Notes: generated by a model not told the origin, from the letters alone. 63,712 nucleotides of DNA, filler included, from Octopus bimaculoides (GCF_001194135.2; 5 parts of 5 records of this genome joined end to end with filler, not necessarily neighbours in it), one strand, 5' to 3'; positions 14,051 to 27,470 are shown, counted from the first letter of the whole stretch. Translations and numbers: made by a program.

Positions 14051-17000
14051 GATATTTGTACACACATATACGCATATATGTGGTAGTCAACTCTGCGATT
14101 ATTTTAAATGAAATTTAAGGATAAGAAAATATTTACTCTTTGGGGCATTCGATCCGTTTGTTAGAATGAAATATATTATGAAGTTACTTTAGCCTGGGAC
14201 TTTCATTTTCCTCTAGCGACTCATTCTAAAAATAGTGTTAACTTACTTTCGTAACAATGGCTAAAGCTGAAGAAAAGAGGAAAACTTTAATTAACGGGTG
14301 TGAAGATATTTAGTCACAGTTAATGAGAGAAATCTATAACGAAGTGAAGCATGTATTTTACTTTTGTAGGAAGATTTAGAAAGGACGTTCAAGTTTCCTA
14401 AAAGGATAGTGAATGTGTAAGGAAAAATAGCTGAGGAGAGAGATTACATCGGATTGGTGAAGAGCTATGTGGAAAGGTTTATTGAATATTGTTATATAAT
14501 GTATTTTCCTCGAATGGAAGCAGTTTATGTACTTATACTTATTCGTCTGGGATTTAATTTAACGGACAGTCACCTAAAATTGTTTTCGTCAAAATTTCAT
14601 TTATATAATTCATTACAGATATTCAGAAATGTGTGTCAACGAATATACTTAATAAAGCTTTATACGAAATAGACGTATGAGTATTATTCACAAAACAAGG
14701 AAAAGTTACCATATCCTTAGTTTTGCAATAACAAACGTGATACATAAAAATTGCACACCTTCATAGAGTAAGGCTTCCTGTATCTTAATTCCTCTTCCTG
14801 TTCGTCATTGCAGGGGAATAATGTGTACCATTTGATGCTACCTGATGTCAAGGAGTTCGTCTCAAAGTAAGACTGCAGGTTGTCTGAAATCCGCAAATAT
14901 TCAAGAGCCAGCGATTGGAAGAGAAATTTATGGTGAATGTTTTAGATCTGAAGAGCAGTCTTCCTTGATTTACCAGAACTTGGTTGTACCGTAAACAGAG
15001 ATAAATTGAAACACCAATTGAAGCTTCCAGAAATCCTCAGGAGGAAGAGACTGCAAAATAATTTGAAAACAATCCATATATTAACTTGAAATAATTGGCC
15101 ATGATTATCTTTGGCAACAAATGAGACAATCGGCAATTTGGTCTGATAAGTGGTAACCAATCCATTGAACAGCAGCGATGTTGCATCTTCCGACTTCCAT
15201 TTTATCGTTACAGAGAAGGAGAGCTTTCGGAGTTAAAGATTTGATGATGGCGATGAAATAAGATGGCTTTAAGTTGGTTGGTACAGCAGTGCACATCTGA
15301 ACTTTTCCGAGCATTCGTGAGTTAGGTCGCAAGTGACTTAGATACATCGCTCCGGACATACACTGGGCTGAAAGTATATTTGTATCGGCAACGAGTTACT
15401 TTATAGGTGTGTAACTTGAATCACTTATAAAATAAAAATGTGACTCCTACTCGCCCTTACTTTCAAGACAAGCTTAGACTATAACGTAACACGACTTAAA
15501 TTAATTTTTTTAAATATCAATGCGCACATACTTTCTAAAACGACATACAAGCAGCTTAATAGAAATTAACTAGACATATGCGCTGACACATATGCGTAAG
15601 CACAAACACACGCACACATATACACGCGCGCGCACACAACACACAAGCACACACACACTGAGATACACATACAAAAGCACATACATACACCGAGATACAC
15701 ACACACACACTAAATACATGTATTCATTTAGTTTACTCTGGTTTGATTTAAGGGAAATATGTGGTTATTTATTTCAGGTCAAGTGACTGAGGACTGGTTC
15801 TCATCTTCGCTGCATATACCATCGATGGAAACGCTTACACACAATACAAATCATCAATTAACACCTATTGCTATATGATGGTGTGATGTGAAATTGATAA
15901 CGAAAGCGAAATTAATAATTAGCATTATGAACTTTCTGTTGGGTTTATGTCACTCTAAGTGTAAATTAATGAAAAATCCTTTCTCAATGAAAGAACTGGA
16001 CATTTGTCAAAAAGTAGAGACATAGCTATGTAGTGAAGGCGTTCACTTCTGAAATTCATTATTTGATGAACCATCTCACTGCTCTACATCTCAGATAAGT
16101 ACCTTCTATCACATTCTCAATGTTCCTCATTCAGTGGACGAAAAATCTCTTGGATTCTCTTGGAAAGATAGGCCCCTATTTTAGTGATCCCCACTGCTCA
16201 GTCGAAAACCACCAACTGCTGCCTAGGTGTATCTAATATATTTGATTCTATTGCACGCATTCAAATACTTATCCAGCCTGAGAATGAATGTACTCCGCAT
16301 ACCACCTCGGTATGCGACCCTAAAACAAGGGTTATGAGTACTTTTCATTCTGTTCATTGAGTCAGATAAATATATTAATAGACAAGTAAATTCTTAATCT
16401 ACATGGTAAGACATTTACAGCTCAGTGTTTTATGTATCGCATTGTAATTGCCATTATTCATATTACGTAGCACCATACCAGCGTCTGTCGCAGAAAAGTG
16501 TGAGCAAACTCAATCTAGATATGACCCTCTCATCTGTTTATGAAAATGACGAACTGTGTTATTTGTACCATTCTTTGTTTAAGATGATTAGATCCTATAT
16601 TTAGTCATTGAGACGTGTTAAACAATTCATGAATGGAAGGTAACGAAAAATAAGTTTATTCATAACAGTTCGTCCAAATGCCTAATTATCATTAGTTAAT
16701 CTTGTAATTGTAGTTTTCACACGTTTGCATTAATGGTGACAACACTGCAATTATTTATATTTTCGTAATTAAGAAACCGACAGCAACAAACGGTTTAATT
16801 GAAATATGTTGGACAACGAGTCAATAGCATTAATTTAGCATTCTGTCTATATGACATAGAAAATATTTCATTTTCTCAGCTGCTAAACTATCTAGCTGTA
16901 CAGGTAGCGGAAGGTAGGTAGCATAAGGCCGTAGTTTATTAGCTGGTAAAGAAGGAATGTATTCAAATCATTCTTTTGAAACTATTGTTGTGGTTCTTTT

Positions 17001-18512
17001 TGTTGTTCATGTTGTTTTTATTCATTATACATAGGACAACTTTTGTCGAAAAAGCCTCTGATGAAAGAAATGTTGCCACAGAACGTCGCGCATTTTCCTT
17101 TATGTGCTATGAATTATGTAATCCATATTTACTTCCTTTTTTAAGCAAGAAGACACTTCCTAAAAAGAGGCAGGTATATTGGATTATATCATGTTATGTA
17201 CACTAGTTAAGATATAGGTGTTAAACCGCCACGCTACAAACATTCTTTTGCTTTTCATTTTTAATTGAAGTTTTTGGAAGCTACTGAGTACATATTATAG
17301 GGAAGAAATTATTGTCGCTCACAGGGAATAAAAGATCAAGATGGGACTTAAACTGAAACCTCTAGAAAGTTTGACAGAATTGGAGTCAAAATTCCAAGCT
17401 ATCATTTGCCATTTCTTATTCTATTTTTGTTACCTAATCTTTAAACTATAGCAATAACCTATAAAGCAGGGTAAGAATTTAAGTGCAGACATAACGCGTA
17501 TTACCGTCACCAGTAAGATGTAACATATGCATGTAACTGTGCGTGTGTACGTGTGCCTATGTATGTTTGTTTATATGTATGTGTACTTGTGTGTGTGTGT
17601 TTGTGAGAGTGTGAATGTGAGTGTGTGTTTTTAGTGCGTTGAGATTACTGTTAAAGTAAACATTGTATGAATCGTTATATTAATGTAGCATTAATTACAT
17701 TCGATCTGATGAGTGTGGTGTATCACAGGTTCAACGTTTTGTTCAAGTTTTCCAGATTGCTGCAACTGTGAAATTAATTAAACTCAATGCCACATCAAAC
17801 AAATTTAATAGTAAGTTCAGGTGTGCACCAACACATTCTAACCATGAGTAGTTTTGCTTTTTCTTTGGTACAATACACCCGAATTTCTATTCCTAAATGC
17901 ATATTTTTTTAATAGAGTAGGGAGGGATTTAAGGGCTATTTGGCTGCAATTCTAAAATGTTCTGCGAATGTATGATACAATTACTAGCTTATGATTTCTG
18001 TTTATTCACTTCACTTCTAAAAGCCCATAAACATCGCCATAGCATATCTCGATTCTAATCTAGTGACACAATCGCTTATCGTTACATAATAGGATAATAA
18101 AGAAACAAAAAAATATTTTTCTTATCATTCGGTTGCTGATAATAAAGCATTGTCTTGTTTGTCTAATAAAGGTAAAATAAACTCTCCATATCATATATCC
18201 TAACGCTACGTGCCTCACTATTTCTTTGTTATCATATGGGATATTGCTTTGTGTTTACAGATCCGTAAATACGCACACAGATATTCACATGCATGCACAC
18301 ACACTCACACACACACACACACACNNNNNNNNNNTATATATATATATTAAATTCAACTTCAGTTGAAAGTCAACAAAGGAAGTTTGCTTTGAAAGCGTTG
18401 AAATGCATTGAAAGATACAGATAAGGAAATAATTGTATTCTCAAACGCACGATAATGCTAATAACATAGCATGAACAAAATAAACTATCCATATTTTGCA
18501 GAAAAGTCTGTC

Positions 18513-18587
18513 GGCATCCAGCCGTGAGCCACGATCTAACATCTCTGTGGTTACACGTCAAGTGCTTTACCATTAAGCTAAACTGCC
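18513..18587 (-). pseudogene. tRNA-Thr(TGT)-like pseudogene, unit 1
   Basis: Reverse complement: GGCAGTT TA GCTT AATGGTA AAGC A CTTGA CGTGTAA CCACAG...GGATGCC, followed by TTTT. D arm is intact and T arm is degenerate. Confidence 0.55.
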
Positions 18588-18805
18588 CCAATGACAAATC
18601 CTTCTGCAAATTTAGGATCTATAAATCTAGCTTTATAAGACGCTATCGTACGTAAAATTCAACTTACATTGAAAGTCAACAAACGAATTTTGCTTTATAA
18701 ACGTTGGGATGTACTGAAAGACACAGATAAGGAAATAATTTTATTCTCAAACGCAGGATAATGCTAATAATATAGCATGGACAGGATAAACTATCTATAT
18801 TTTGA

Positions 18806-18872
18806 AGCTTTGGGACTCGAACTCACATCCTGTGATTTCACGTCAAGTGATTTACCATTAAGCTAAACTGCC
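18806..18872 (-). pseudogene. tRNA-like pseudogene, unit 2 (3' acceptor strand deleted)
   Basis: Reverse complement: GGCAGTTTAGCTTAATGGTAAATCACTTGACGTGAAATCACAGGATGTGAGTTCGAGTCCCA. A box and B box (GTTCGAGTC) are present. Confidence 0.5.
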
Positions 18873-19106
18873 CCAATGACAAATCCTTCGGCAAATTTAG
18901 GATATATAAATCTAGATTTATAAGACACTATCGCACGTTAAATTCAACTTATATTGAAAGTCAACAAACAAATTTTGATTTAGAAACGTTGGGATGTATT
19001 GAAAGATACAGATAAGGAAATAACTTTATCCTCAAACGTAGGATAATGGTAATAATATAGCATGAACATGATAAACTATCCATATTTTGAAGAAAAATCT
19101 GTTGGA

Positions 19107-19178
19107 GGCCATCCATGAGACTCGAACTCATATCACTGTGATTACGCGTCAAGTGCTTTACCATTAAGATAAACTGCC
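19107..19178 (-). pseudogene. tRNA-Thr(CGT)-like pseudogene, unit 3
   Basis: Reverse complement: GGCAGTT TA TCTT AATGGTA AAGC A CTTGA CGCGTAA TCACA GTGAT ATGAG TTCGAGT CTCAT GGATGGCC, then a T5 run. The T arm is perfect. Confidence 0.6.
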
Positions 19179-19546
19179 CCAACGACAAATTCTACAAATT
19201 TAACGGACAATAGCGTTTTATGAAGCTAGATTTATATAACCTACACCAATTTTGATACGATGTGAGTTGTGAATAGAATGATATCTGGAATTTTTGAAAA
19301 AGTTCCCTTCGATCGCTTCACAAAACAGGCTAGGAAGGTTACTTTTAATTTGTTTTCCGTGTGGAATAACAAACTTCATAGTCTAAATAAGGCCATGCGA
19401 CTTATAGATTATAGAGAGATTTCTCATTCAAAAACCTGAAATTCTTTTTGTTTTTACAGAAAAAGAGTAACTGTTCCTCTGGATCTTTCCTTGGAAATTG
19501 GACATATATATATATATATATAATATTATATAATATTATATATATA

Positions 19547-19902
19547 ATTTAATTTATATAAGGGCATTACTATACAATAATGCCTCACGCTTAGAGGGAT
19601 TCCATAAATCAAAACTACCAAAATAAGCACTTTTTTACCATCGCGAGGGAATGCAACATGTTGATTTTTGTTTATTTTTATGTGTCTTGACCATAATGTG
19701 CACTGATGAATAAAAGATGCAGTTTACCGCATAGCTTGCTGCATTAATTATGAAACCATTGGTTTACCGTTAAGTTAAAAGTTTTTGAAAGTTGCATTCC
19801 CTTGCGATCGGTAAAACTGTGCTAATATTGGTAGTTTTGACTTATGGAGTCCCTCTAAGCCTGAGGCGTTATTGTATAGTAATGCCCTTCTATAAATTAG
19901 AT
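19547..19902. mobile_element. MITE with ~110-bp TIRs in a TA-rich site
   Basis: 19547-19657 (...aagggcattactatacaataatgcctcacgcttagagggattccataaatcaaaactacc...gggaatgcaac) is inverted at 19791-19902. TA flanks both ends. Confidence 0.8.
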
Positions 19903-20982
19903 TATATATATTTATGGGAAAAATTGATGGTTTTTTTTCCTTATGAGTTTTTTTCACGCTTACTACTTGATAAATTCTTATAAAGTATTTATCCTAATAT
20001 TATATTATATTAATTATATTATATTATATTATATTATATATATATATGTAAAGAGAGAGAGAGAGACAGAGAGAGATGAGCCATACATGTGTATGTTTAT
20101 ATGAATGTATGGATGTATCTCTGCGCATATATATTTCTATGTTAGTAACAGACTAAACAAAGTAGCACTGAAAAGATGTTGGTATTGTGTGTATTTAACA
20201 GCATTTCATGTCCTTATTTAAATTCTCACCGATGTACACATAGAATGCGTCGTCAGATGTATTGATTAGAGAAAGAAGAATTTATAGATGGCACTGAATA
20301 GAGTGTATTTGGGTGTCTTCCATTTAACAGTTCAGTTTACCTGAACACTTTGATAAAAAACAATAAGTGTGGTATTGAAGACAGTCGTATGGTGTTAAAT
20401 GGTCGTCGGCCTGTAATATTTGACAACTAGACAATGTCACTTTCAAATCTCAGCTTTTTTATCGTTATTACATATATACATTATTAGTATTCGATATCAC
20501 TTTCTGTATCAGGCATAACTTATTACTGTATCTGTAGCTGAGTGCTGGAAGACCACAATGATATGTAGAAAAAAATATATTAAAGAAGGGATTGCTTTAC
20601 TCTGAAAGTACTGGCCGAACGGGGTTTAAGTTCTCTTTTGTGGTATGAACATGGAATGATTTGAAATACATTGGTGAGGCATATATTTAAGGCCAACGAA
20701 ACGGTTGACCAATTTCCTGGTAAATTGCTGAATGCATTATGAAAGATTCCACTAGTAATACGGATGACAATCTAAACAGATGGATAGTCGAAAGCATACC
20801 ATTTGAATTATACATTGAAACTGTTATGGATTGGTTGTGTTCCTTGCTTCATATAGTGTTCAAATATCTGTTCAAATATCTCAAATATCTGTTCAACAAG
20901 AAGAACGTCGAGAACACTCTATATTATAACACATTTTTACAAAAATACAGTCTACATGTACATACAAACACTCAGACACACA

Positions 20983-21120
20983 CACTACCTACCTACCTAC
21001 ATACATACATACATACATACATGCATACATACATACATACATACATACATAAATACATACATACATAAATACATACATACAACCATACATACATACATAC
21101 ATACATACATACATACTTAT
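20983..21120 (+). repeat. (CATA)n microsatellite
   Basis: Directly visible. Confidence 0.95.
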
Positions 21121-21127
21121 ATATATG

Positions 21128-21300
21128 CAGAAGCTCATGGTTTATTGGTTAGGGTCTTGCACACATGATCTAAGATTGTGGTCCCGAACTCTGGACCAAG
21201 TAGTGCATTTTCTTGTCGAGCAAAACACTTCCTTTCAGTTACTCCAGTCCACGTAGCTTGCAAAAATGAGAAACCCTGAGATGGACAGGTATCTGTTCAG
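21128..21300 (+). mobile_element. Degenerate tRNA-derived SINE (family C)
   Basis: Head tggtttattggttaggg...gtggtcccgaactc, then gagcaaaacacttc...ctccagtccac.agct. Homologous to the minus-strand copy at 52590-52775. Confidence 0.55.
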
Positions 21301-22316
21301 TGGTTCCCTTTTGATCCCAGCAACTGCTCCCCGATAAAGTGTACTCAGTAGATTTTTTAAAAAAAGGCTTTCAAAACATGAAAACCGAAAACCCCTGCCA
21401 ACTACTTCATAATTGTGTCTACATACACATTAATATCTGTGGCATAGTGGTTTGAAACATATTTCTTAAATAGTGTACACAACATCATATAACAGTGCTC
21501 TTAGGCTTTCCATGGGCTATGTTAATAGGTTTTAATGTCAGCAGACTCCCCAACCAGTTGTTGAATCCCCGTCCGTGAACTATAAAGGATTATGTTAGAC
21601 TTTTTGGATTATTATCATATACCAATTGATAGACGTAACCAGTAAATGGATCACCAAATAAAGTTATAGCTGGAAGTATATCTGAATTACTTAAACATAT
21701 CTGAATCCATGATATTGCTGTGTGGTAACCAGGAAACCAAATATAATTTCCTTGCAAATTTAATGCCTATTGAAGAGATGATATATTTGAGTGAAGCATC
21801 AGAGACTTCGTGGCGGAACATGCTCAATATTTATTAAACGTGAACCAGTGTAATCTTGGGGATCACTTTGTACGACATGAAGAATCAAGGTATCCAAATG
21901 TTTAGTTGTGAATAATTGTAATGTCTTAGGAGGCAGGTTTCTCTAAATCGTTTCCGTAGAGGAAACATGTAAGTTTCAGATGTAATAATTCATATGGGAA
22001 TTAAAACTGTTGTCAGTAAAGTTGTTTCCACATTCGTTCGCTATTAGAATATAAGGAAAGCAAAATTTCTCTAAAGGTGAATTTAAAATTGATCTCTAGT
22101 TGATAGCTGCCATCCTATTTCAATTGTGGTTATCACACGGATTGCTATTATAAATAATGCATTATAACTGCATGATGATTACATAATGATTACCACAGTG
22201 AGGATTGTGTAAAATCCAGTATTACCTTTCGAAAGCGGGGAGTAAAATAGGTGCAAATTTTATTGGAAAAACTTGTGATTTTAGCATGCAGGTGCAATAA
22301 TTGGATATATCAATAA

Positions 22317-22346
22317 TCTATATATATATATATAAATGAGAATGTG

Positions 22347-22389
<43 letters not shown>

Positions 22390-22638
22390 GTGTGTGAATC
22401 CCTAAAACTCGAGAACTACGCAACCAATTTCATTCAAATTTTACAGATGCCTTACTTAGGGTTCCAGTTGTGTTTTAGTCAAAACAATTTTAACTTCTTG
22501 CAGAGTTCGAGCCCACGGCAACATAATATCTCCTCCACTATTTAAGTATGACGTGTCAAAAGTGAAACAAAAACACTCATGTCGAATACTTTCACTTTAA
22601 AAATGAAACTATTCCACTAACTGAAACAATCACATTTC
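22317..22638 (+). mobile_element. Non-autonomous Helitron (5' part; 3' end lost in gap)
   Basis: A|TCTATATATATA...AATGAGAATG start, internal (GTCT)n, then aactacgcaaccaatttcattcaaatttt. This layout is typical of invertebrate non-autonomous Helitrons. Confidence 0.6.
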
Positions 22639-22682
22639 NNNNNNNNNNNNNNNNNNNNNNNNNNNNNNNNNNNNNNNNNNNN

Positions 22683-22694
22683 TTAATTAATTAA
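22683..22694. other. Assembly linker TTAATTAATTAA centred in a 100-bp gap (also 48935-48946, 57488-57499, 62630-62641)
   Basis: The same 12-mer sits between 44 N and 44 N at four sites and has stop codons in all six frames. Confidence 0.95.
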
Positions 22695-22738
22695 NNNNNN
22701 NNNNNNNNNNNNNNNNNNNNNNNNNNNNNNNNNNNNNN

Positions 22739-24165
22739 TGATTGGCCCTTCGCAAGACTCCGCATCCGACCCCGAGAGACACGGCAGACCGGCAAGAAAG
22801 TCCTTGAGGGCTCTCCCACCATCAGGACCGCCGTCACCCCCGAACAGCTGGGTGAAGTACTTCCGAAAGGCCTCACACATTTTCTCGGGTTCGTTTATCA
22901 AGACGCCATTATGGTTCGTCAAAGACCGTATCGTGGAACTATTTCCTTGTCGAGCTTCCACCACTCGGGCCCATCCAGCGGCCTTGATTCCTTCACTTCC
23001 CATCGCACGTAACTTAGCTCTAGCAATACTTCTCATGTGTTGGGCTTCAAGATGCTGGTTTAACTCCAGTCTTTTCACCTTCACTTGGTACGCATTGCCA
23101 GTCCTCCAGGTTTCTTCTAGTTCCTGAACTATACCATCTCCTATTCTAGCTAAACTTTGCTAAACCTAATAGACTCTTATTTGATGGCTCTTTTTAGGGC
23201 GTACCACCATTTGTTATTAATGATGGTACCTGTCAATGCCCTCTGAATTAACATCTTGATCCGCTTTCTGTATTCCTCAATCGCCAAAAGGGACGTATTG
23301 AGTTTCCAGTAGCCAGATCCCTGACTATGTAACTTGTCTATTGTCAGTTTACAGGTAACCATCTTGTGGTCACTGTAGCTGACTGGAAAAAACTATGGAC
23401 ACTTAGCTATAGACTTATCTGTTTCTCTAATTAAAATCCTATCTAGATATGTTCTGGTATTTGACCACGTCCACTGTGGAGTGTTCGGGTGTTCCAACCT
23501 ATATGGGTCTGCTAGATGAAAGTTACTTAGCAGATCCGGTAAGCCTGGGTTACATTTTCTGTTCGTGTTCGAGCCAACTCAATCTGTGTGTGCCTCACAT
23601 ATTGTGTTAAAGTCTCCTAACAATACTAGCGAATGCGACGTGGCCAGGAACTTGCCCAGGTCACGAAAATATTCACTTTGTGGGCCCATAATATTGGGTG
23701 CATAAATAGCAACTAGCCTGATTATCTTGCCACAACTGAATGTCAGGTCCAGAACGACCAGCCTGCCTTCTGGATCAGAAAAAAACAACTTTTTCTCGGT
23801 TACCCGGTNNNNNNNNNNNNNNNNNNNNNNNNNNNNNNNNNNNNNNNNNNNNNNNNNGAAACGTATTTCTCGTAGCCGTTCAGGAGGAGGGACAGATCTC
23901 TTGGCCTCTTTACTCGGGTTTCCGTTGCAACAATCACATCCAATTTTCTTGACCTGATGTCATTTAGGAAGCGTCCTTGCTTCCAGCTAGACAACAGGCC
24001 ACGAACATTTAAACAACCAATGTGAACAGACATGTCTTACCTGTTAATCAGGGCTTGTCCGGTGGAGAGGGACTCTCCACCTTTTCTTGACATAGGGTCG
24101 GAGGTGCCAAGTCTTGAAAAATGGACTGGTTAAATTCCAGTCTCGTTGCCGATACAGATGTTCTG
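22739..24165 (-). mobile_element. Tx1/L1-like LINE fragment: ORF1 tail plus ORF2 APE endonuclease and linker (stops, gaps)
   Basis: APE motifs CLNVRGL, VATET, LVAIYAP, LLGDFN, YLDRIL, SDHKMV, then YWKLNTSLL and the linker KMCEAFRKYFTQLF (ORFs 23800-24033, 23579-23788, 23177-23362, 22683-23084). Confidence 0.9.
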
Positions 24166-25176
24166 TATGTATTTAATAAAATCTTATGAGTCTTTGAAAA
24201 ATTTCAAAATTAATCCGCTTTTTATTGCACGTAATTTAGTTTGAATTCATCTGTTGTTTGATTATATTTTGGAATATTATACGAAAGCTATCACGAAACG
24301 TTTATCTTAATGTTTTCTTAAAAACGTCATGTGAGCGATAGGTGTGAATTCGGTTGCTGCAAGTTCACACTTTCAGTATCATTTCTGGCGCTTGTAGGAT
24401 ATACCAAAAGTTTCTTTATAAACTTATCTTTGGATTATGGGTTTCAAACTTATAAAAGGGCAGCATTCAAAGAATTGTCCTCACAAGATTTCATAGTTAA
24501 AGTAACAATTTATAATACACGTATTCGAAAACACGACGAAGCCAATGTTTTATACTCGCTGAATCACGCTGAAAGCCAAGGAGAGAAACATTTATTTACA
24601 CGAAGGAAATTTAGCTTCGTGAATAAAAGGTGCAAATAATTTTTCTTATCTTCTTGTCCTTATTGCTTAGAAACTAAATTCTTCAATTTTCGCTCAAACA
24701 AATGTTAAACCACATTTGTAATTTAAATTTTCATTTCTTATACGACCGCGCCTCAACTAGAATCCACCACATGCATGACCTAACACACATACACACACAC
24801 ACACACTAAAACATATATAGAAAGTTTAAAGATTTCCATTTGCAAATAAGTGAATAATTCATTTGAAAACTATTTTTCAACAGAGTGCCGAAGACAATCC
24901 CTGGCGAAACTTCGAAGGTGCCGCCTAACTTTTCCTTTTCAGAGTATATTTAATACCATAATTAACAATATAGAGTGCTCTTTTAGTTAATGGCTGATTG
25001 TTTTATTGTTATGTACGAATTTAATACAAAGCCCATATTTTTACAAAGATATATACACACACACATATATTTATGTATGTATAAATGTATGTATTAGGTA
25101 GGTATGTACGTATGTATGCACACACACACACACACACACACAGACACACACAAACACACACACACACACACACACG

Positions 25177-25216
<40 letters not shown>

Positions 25217-25951
25217 GTTACATGCATATATACACACACACCCACATGTATGTGTGTAATATACATGTAAGTATGTATATATAAATACATAGATATATAT
25301 TCATATCTACATATTGTATGTCTTATGTTTGTAGCCCGTTTTACAGATCTACTGAGACGGATATATTAATCCGATCAAGAAACTGTAATAGTGATGGAAT
25401 GTGATGTTTACATTCAGTTTTACTTAATTGCTAATTAAAAGTTAAAACTATTATCTTAAAATTTCTGCTGTTCCGCCCTCTCTCTCTCTCATTCTTGTTC
25501 TCTCCATGGCACGCACACACACGCATACATACATATTTATATATAGACACGTATGCACATACCTACATATATANNNNNNNNNNNNNNNNNNNNNNNNNNN
25601 NNNNNNNNNNNNNNNNNNNNNNNNNNNNNNNNNNNNNNNNNNNNNNNNNNNNNNNNNNNNNNNNNNNNNNNNNNNNNNNNNNNNNNNNNNNNNNNNNNNN
25701 NNNNNNNNNNNNNNNNNNNNNNNNNNNNNNNNNNNNNNNNNNNNNNNNNNNNNNNNNNNNNNNNNNNNNNNNNNNNNNNNNNNNNNNNNNNNNNNNNNNN
25801 NNNNNNNNNNNNNNNNNNNNNNNNNNNNNNNNNNNNNNNNNNNNNNNNNNNNNNNNNNNNNNNNNNNNNNNNNNNNNNNNNNNNNNNNNNNNNNNNNNNN
25901 NNNNNNNNNNNNNNNNNNNNNNNNNNNNNNNNNNNNNNNNNNNNNNNNNNN

Positions 25952-25988
<37 letters not shown>

Positions 25989-27087
25989 CATACACTAATA
26001 TACGCATATATACTTACTGAATATTTATATTCTTTTACAACTTTCTTTTCAACTTATTTAATATATTTCTCTCTATCCATCCGTCTCTTTGTCTTTCTTG
26101 CGAAAATTATTAACACCGCCACCACTGCGCCTACTTCACAACCGCCATCACCACCTACCAACCATCACCAAACACCACCACCACCACCACCACCAGCATT
26201 TCCATCAACATAATCATCGTCATCGTTATCATACTCACCGTCGTCATCTTAATATAAATACCTGTAGACAATTATTTTTATTGTTTGTCTTTGTGTGGTT
26301 GTTATTGTCGGTTTCCTCGTCACCATCGTCACCATCGTCGTCGACGTTTTGTTGTTGTTGTTGTTGTTGTTTCCATTTTCTGAAGAACCAAAATAATGAA
26401 AACCAGCAAGGGCTTCTGATAAGAATTATCTTGCCAAGCAAGAAGTAGATAATTAAGCAAATATAAAGAAAATTAATGGGAAGAAATAAAAGAAGTAAAG
26501 AATAAATAAAGGAATTATAGAAATCAATTGAAATCAAATTTTCGCTTTTTCTTATAAAACCTGGCTTGTCGCTTACGTTGTTGAATAATTGTAACTTCTC
26601 ATTAAATTGCTGATTGCAAGATTCATTTTAAATTTCAATTACGCCGTTATGAAGTACAATGACTGAATGGATGAAGACATTTGAATATCACATCACGTGT
26701 CGTGGTCGAATCATCTCCACTTTAGGTTCATTAAATCTAGGAAATAAATTTGTATCCACCACCTTTCTTGAAGGTCACTCAGATAAGGATATAGTCAACC
26801 ACTGAAAACCCCAAACCTCGTGTCAATGTCTTCATCTGTTGTGACATCATTACTCATCTGAGATGCTGGTTGATCATTTGTTTTGCTTGCTGAATCCAGA
26901 GGAAGGATCTAGTTTCCGTGATCTTTGCGGACCTTCATTACAGGTGAGTGTATGGTGGTGTCAACATCACACTGATACTAATGGTTTAAGAGCAATTTTA
27001 CATGAAATTTATTTTAAAGTATTCCAATCCTTCGCAGTTGTCCGACTTCCAAAAATAAAAATAAAAGAAAGCAGCTTCATCAAACGT

Positions 27088-27470
27088 TGTTGGCACTCCG
27101 TCGCTTACGACGATGAGTGTTCCAGTTGATCCGATCAACGGAACAGCCTGCTCGTGAAATTAACGTGCAAGTGGCTGAGCACTCCACAGACACGTGTACC
27201 CTTAACGTAGTTCTCAGGGATATTCAACGTGACACGTTGTGACAAGGCTGGCCCTTTGAAATACAGGCACAACAGAAACAGGAAGTAAGATTGAGAGAAA
27301 GTTGTGGTGGAAGAGTACAGCAGAGTTCGCGACCATCCCCTGCCGGAGCCTCGTGGTGCTTTAGGTATTTTCGCTCAATAAACACTCACAACGCCCGGTC
27401 TGGGAATCGAAACCGCGATCCTATGACCACGAGTCCGAGGCCCTAACTACTAGGCCATTGCGCCTCCACC
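27088..27470 (-). mobile_element. Full-length tRNA-derived SINE (family D) with 10-bp TSD
   Basis: Reverse-complement head GTGGAGGCGCAATGGCCTAGTAGTTAGGG...GGTTTCGATTCCC (A and B boxes). TSD catcaaacgt at 27078-27087 and 27471-27480. Confidence 0.85.

Larger units (their letters stand above)
18348..19243. repeat. Tandem array of three ~285-305-bp units, each with a tRNA-like cassette on the minus strand
   Basis: Unit starts aaattcaactt...gaaagtcaacaaa at about 18348, 18654 and 18939, and the units align along their length. Confidence 0.9.

Noticed and set aside
14760-15370. GC-richer, coding-like stretch with a weak LINE-like motif (LHLPTSILSLQRRRAFGVKDL on +)
   Set aside because: Many stops, and no diagnostic motif could be fixed by eye. 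It needs a TBLASTX/HMM search.
17706-17738. CTGATGAG plus a TGTG/CACA stem resembling a hammerhead 5' half
   Set aside because: The GAAA half of the core is missing.
18348-19243. CRISPR-like or rDNA-like reading of the tandem array
   Set aside because: Whole units are homologous (no unique spacers), the context is eukaryotic, and there is no 5S or rRNA similarity.
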